A stretch of DNA of 64,000 nucleotides. Source: Eledone cirrhosa (taxonomy: Eukaryota). Below, piece by piece: positions 63,831 through 64,000 of the stretch; positions within the stretch are counted from its first letter, which is position 1, and every line of letters begins with the position of its first letter. The translations under genes and the position numbers were made by a program. The notes under the pieces were generated by a model, which saw only the letters and a list, made by a program, of their open reading frames with translations, was not told the DNA's origin and did not search any database. The DNA is taken from assembly GCA_964016885.1 (NCBI GenBank), contig OZ024756.1, positions 1,860,001-1,924,000 of the forward strand. Direction: 5' to 3'.

Positions 63831-64000
63831 TGTCAGTGATCTGGTCCTCTGTCTTGCTGTCTTCAGTTCATCTATGTAGTGTGCAGCGTCGGTGATCTGG
63901 TCCTCTGTCTTGCTGTCTTCAGTACATCTATGAAGTGTGCAGTGTCAGGGATCTGGTCCGCTGTCTTGCTGTCTTCAGTTCATCTATGAAGTATGCAGTA

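Larger units (their letters stand above)
1..64000. repeat. 56-bp tandem satellite DNA array, about 1,143 head-to-tail monomers, extending beyond both window edges
   Basis: The unit CTGTCTTGCTGTCTTCAGT(A/T)CATCTATG(A/T)AGTGTGCAGTGTCAGTGATC(T/A)GGTCCT recurs every 56 bp. Monomers start at 1, 841, 1681, 2521, 3361 and 4201, and after a net +9 from indels at 8410 through 63010. Most monomers differ from consensus by only a few substitutions. Orientation is the same throughout. Confidence 0.99.

Noticed and set aside
1-64000. CRISPR array or repeat-spacer system
   Set aside because: There are no unique spacers, as monomers abut directly and differ only by point variants. There are no cas genes and no leader.
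1-64000. Regular GATC sites as a bacterial Dam/oriC or iteron array
   Set aside because: The one-per-monomer GATC follows trivially from the repeat. A gene-free 64-kb array with higher-order structure does not fit a prokaryotic origin.
1-64000. Embedded transposon, tRNA/5S/snRNA tandem genes, or strand inversion
   Set aside because: The monomer register is continuous, leaving no room for inserts. The 56-bp unit shows no cloverleaf, Pol III box or terminator that I can support, and no reverse-complement monomers were seen.

Overview
The whole 64 kb window is one uninterrupted, head-to-tail satellite DNA array of a 56-bp monomer, about 1,143 copies. The consensus is CTGTCTTGCTGTCTTCAGTWCATCTATGWAGTGTGCAGTGTCAGTGATCWGGTCCT, roughly 46% GC, with no CpG and a T-rich + strand. 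Both window edges lie inside the array. I found no unique sequence, gene, transposon, RNA gene, CRISPR spacer or inversion, and all listed ORFs are translations of the repeat. The information lies in the variants. Rare substitutions show nested, near-identical tandem duplications whose offsets are exact multiples of 56 (29, 42, 51, 67-72, 68, 92 and 125 monomers). There are also ordered variant cassettes reused along the array, local 112-bp dimer periodicity and regional subfamilies. Only 7 indels were seen, and register is held for about 56 kb. The monomer carries a dyad whose two most polymorphic sites are pairing partners. The array looks like eukaryotic heterochromatic or (peri)centromeric satellite, but I do not recognise the family or organism. 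I found no evidence of a new gene-encoded system.
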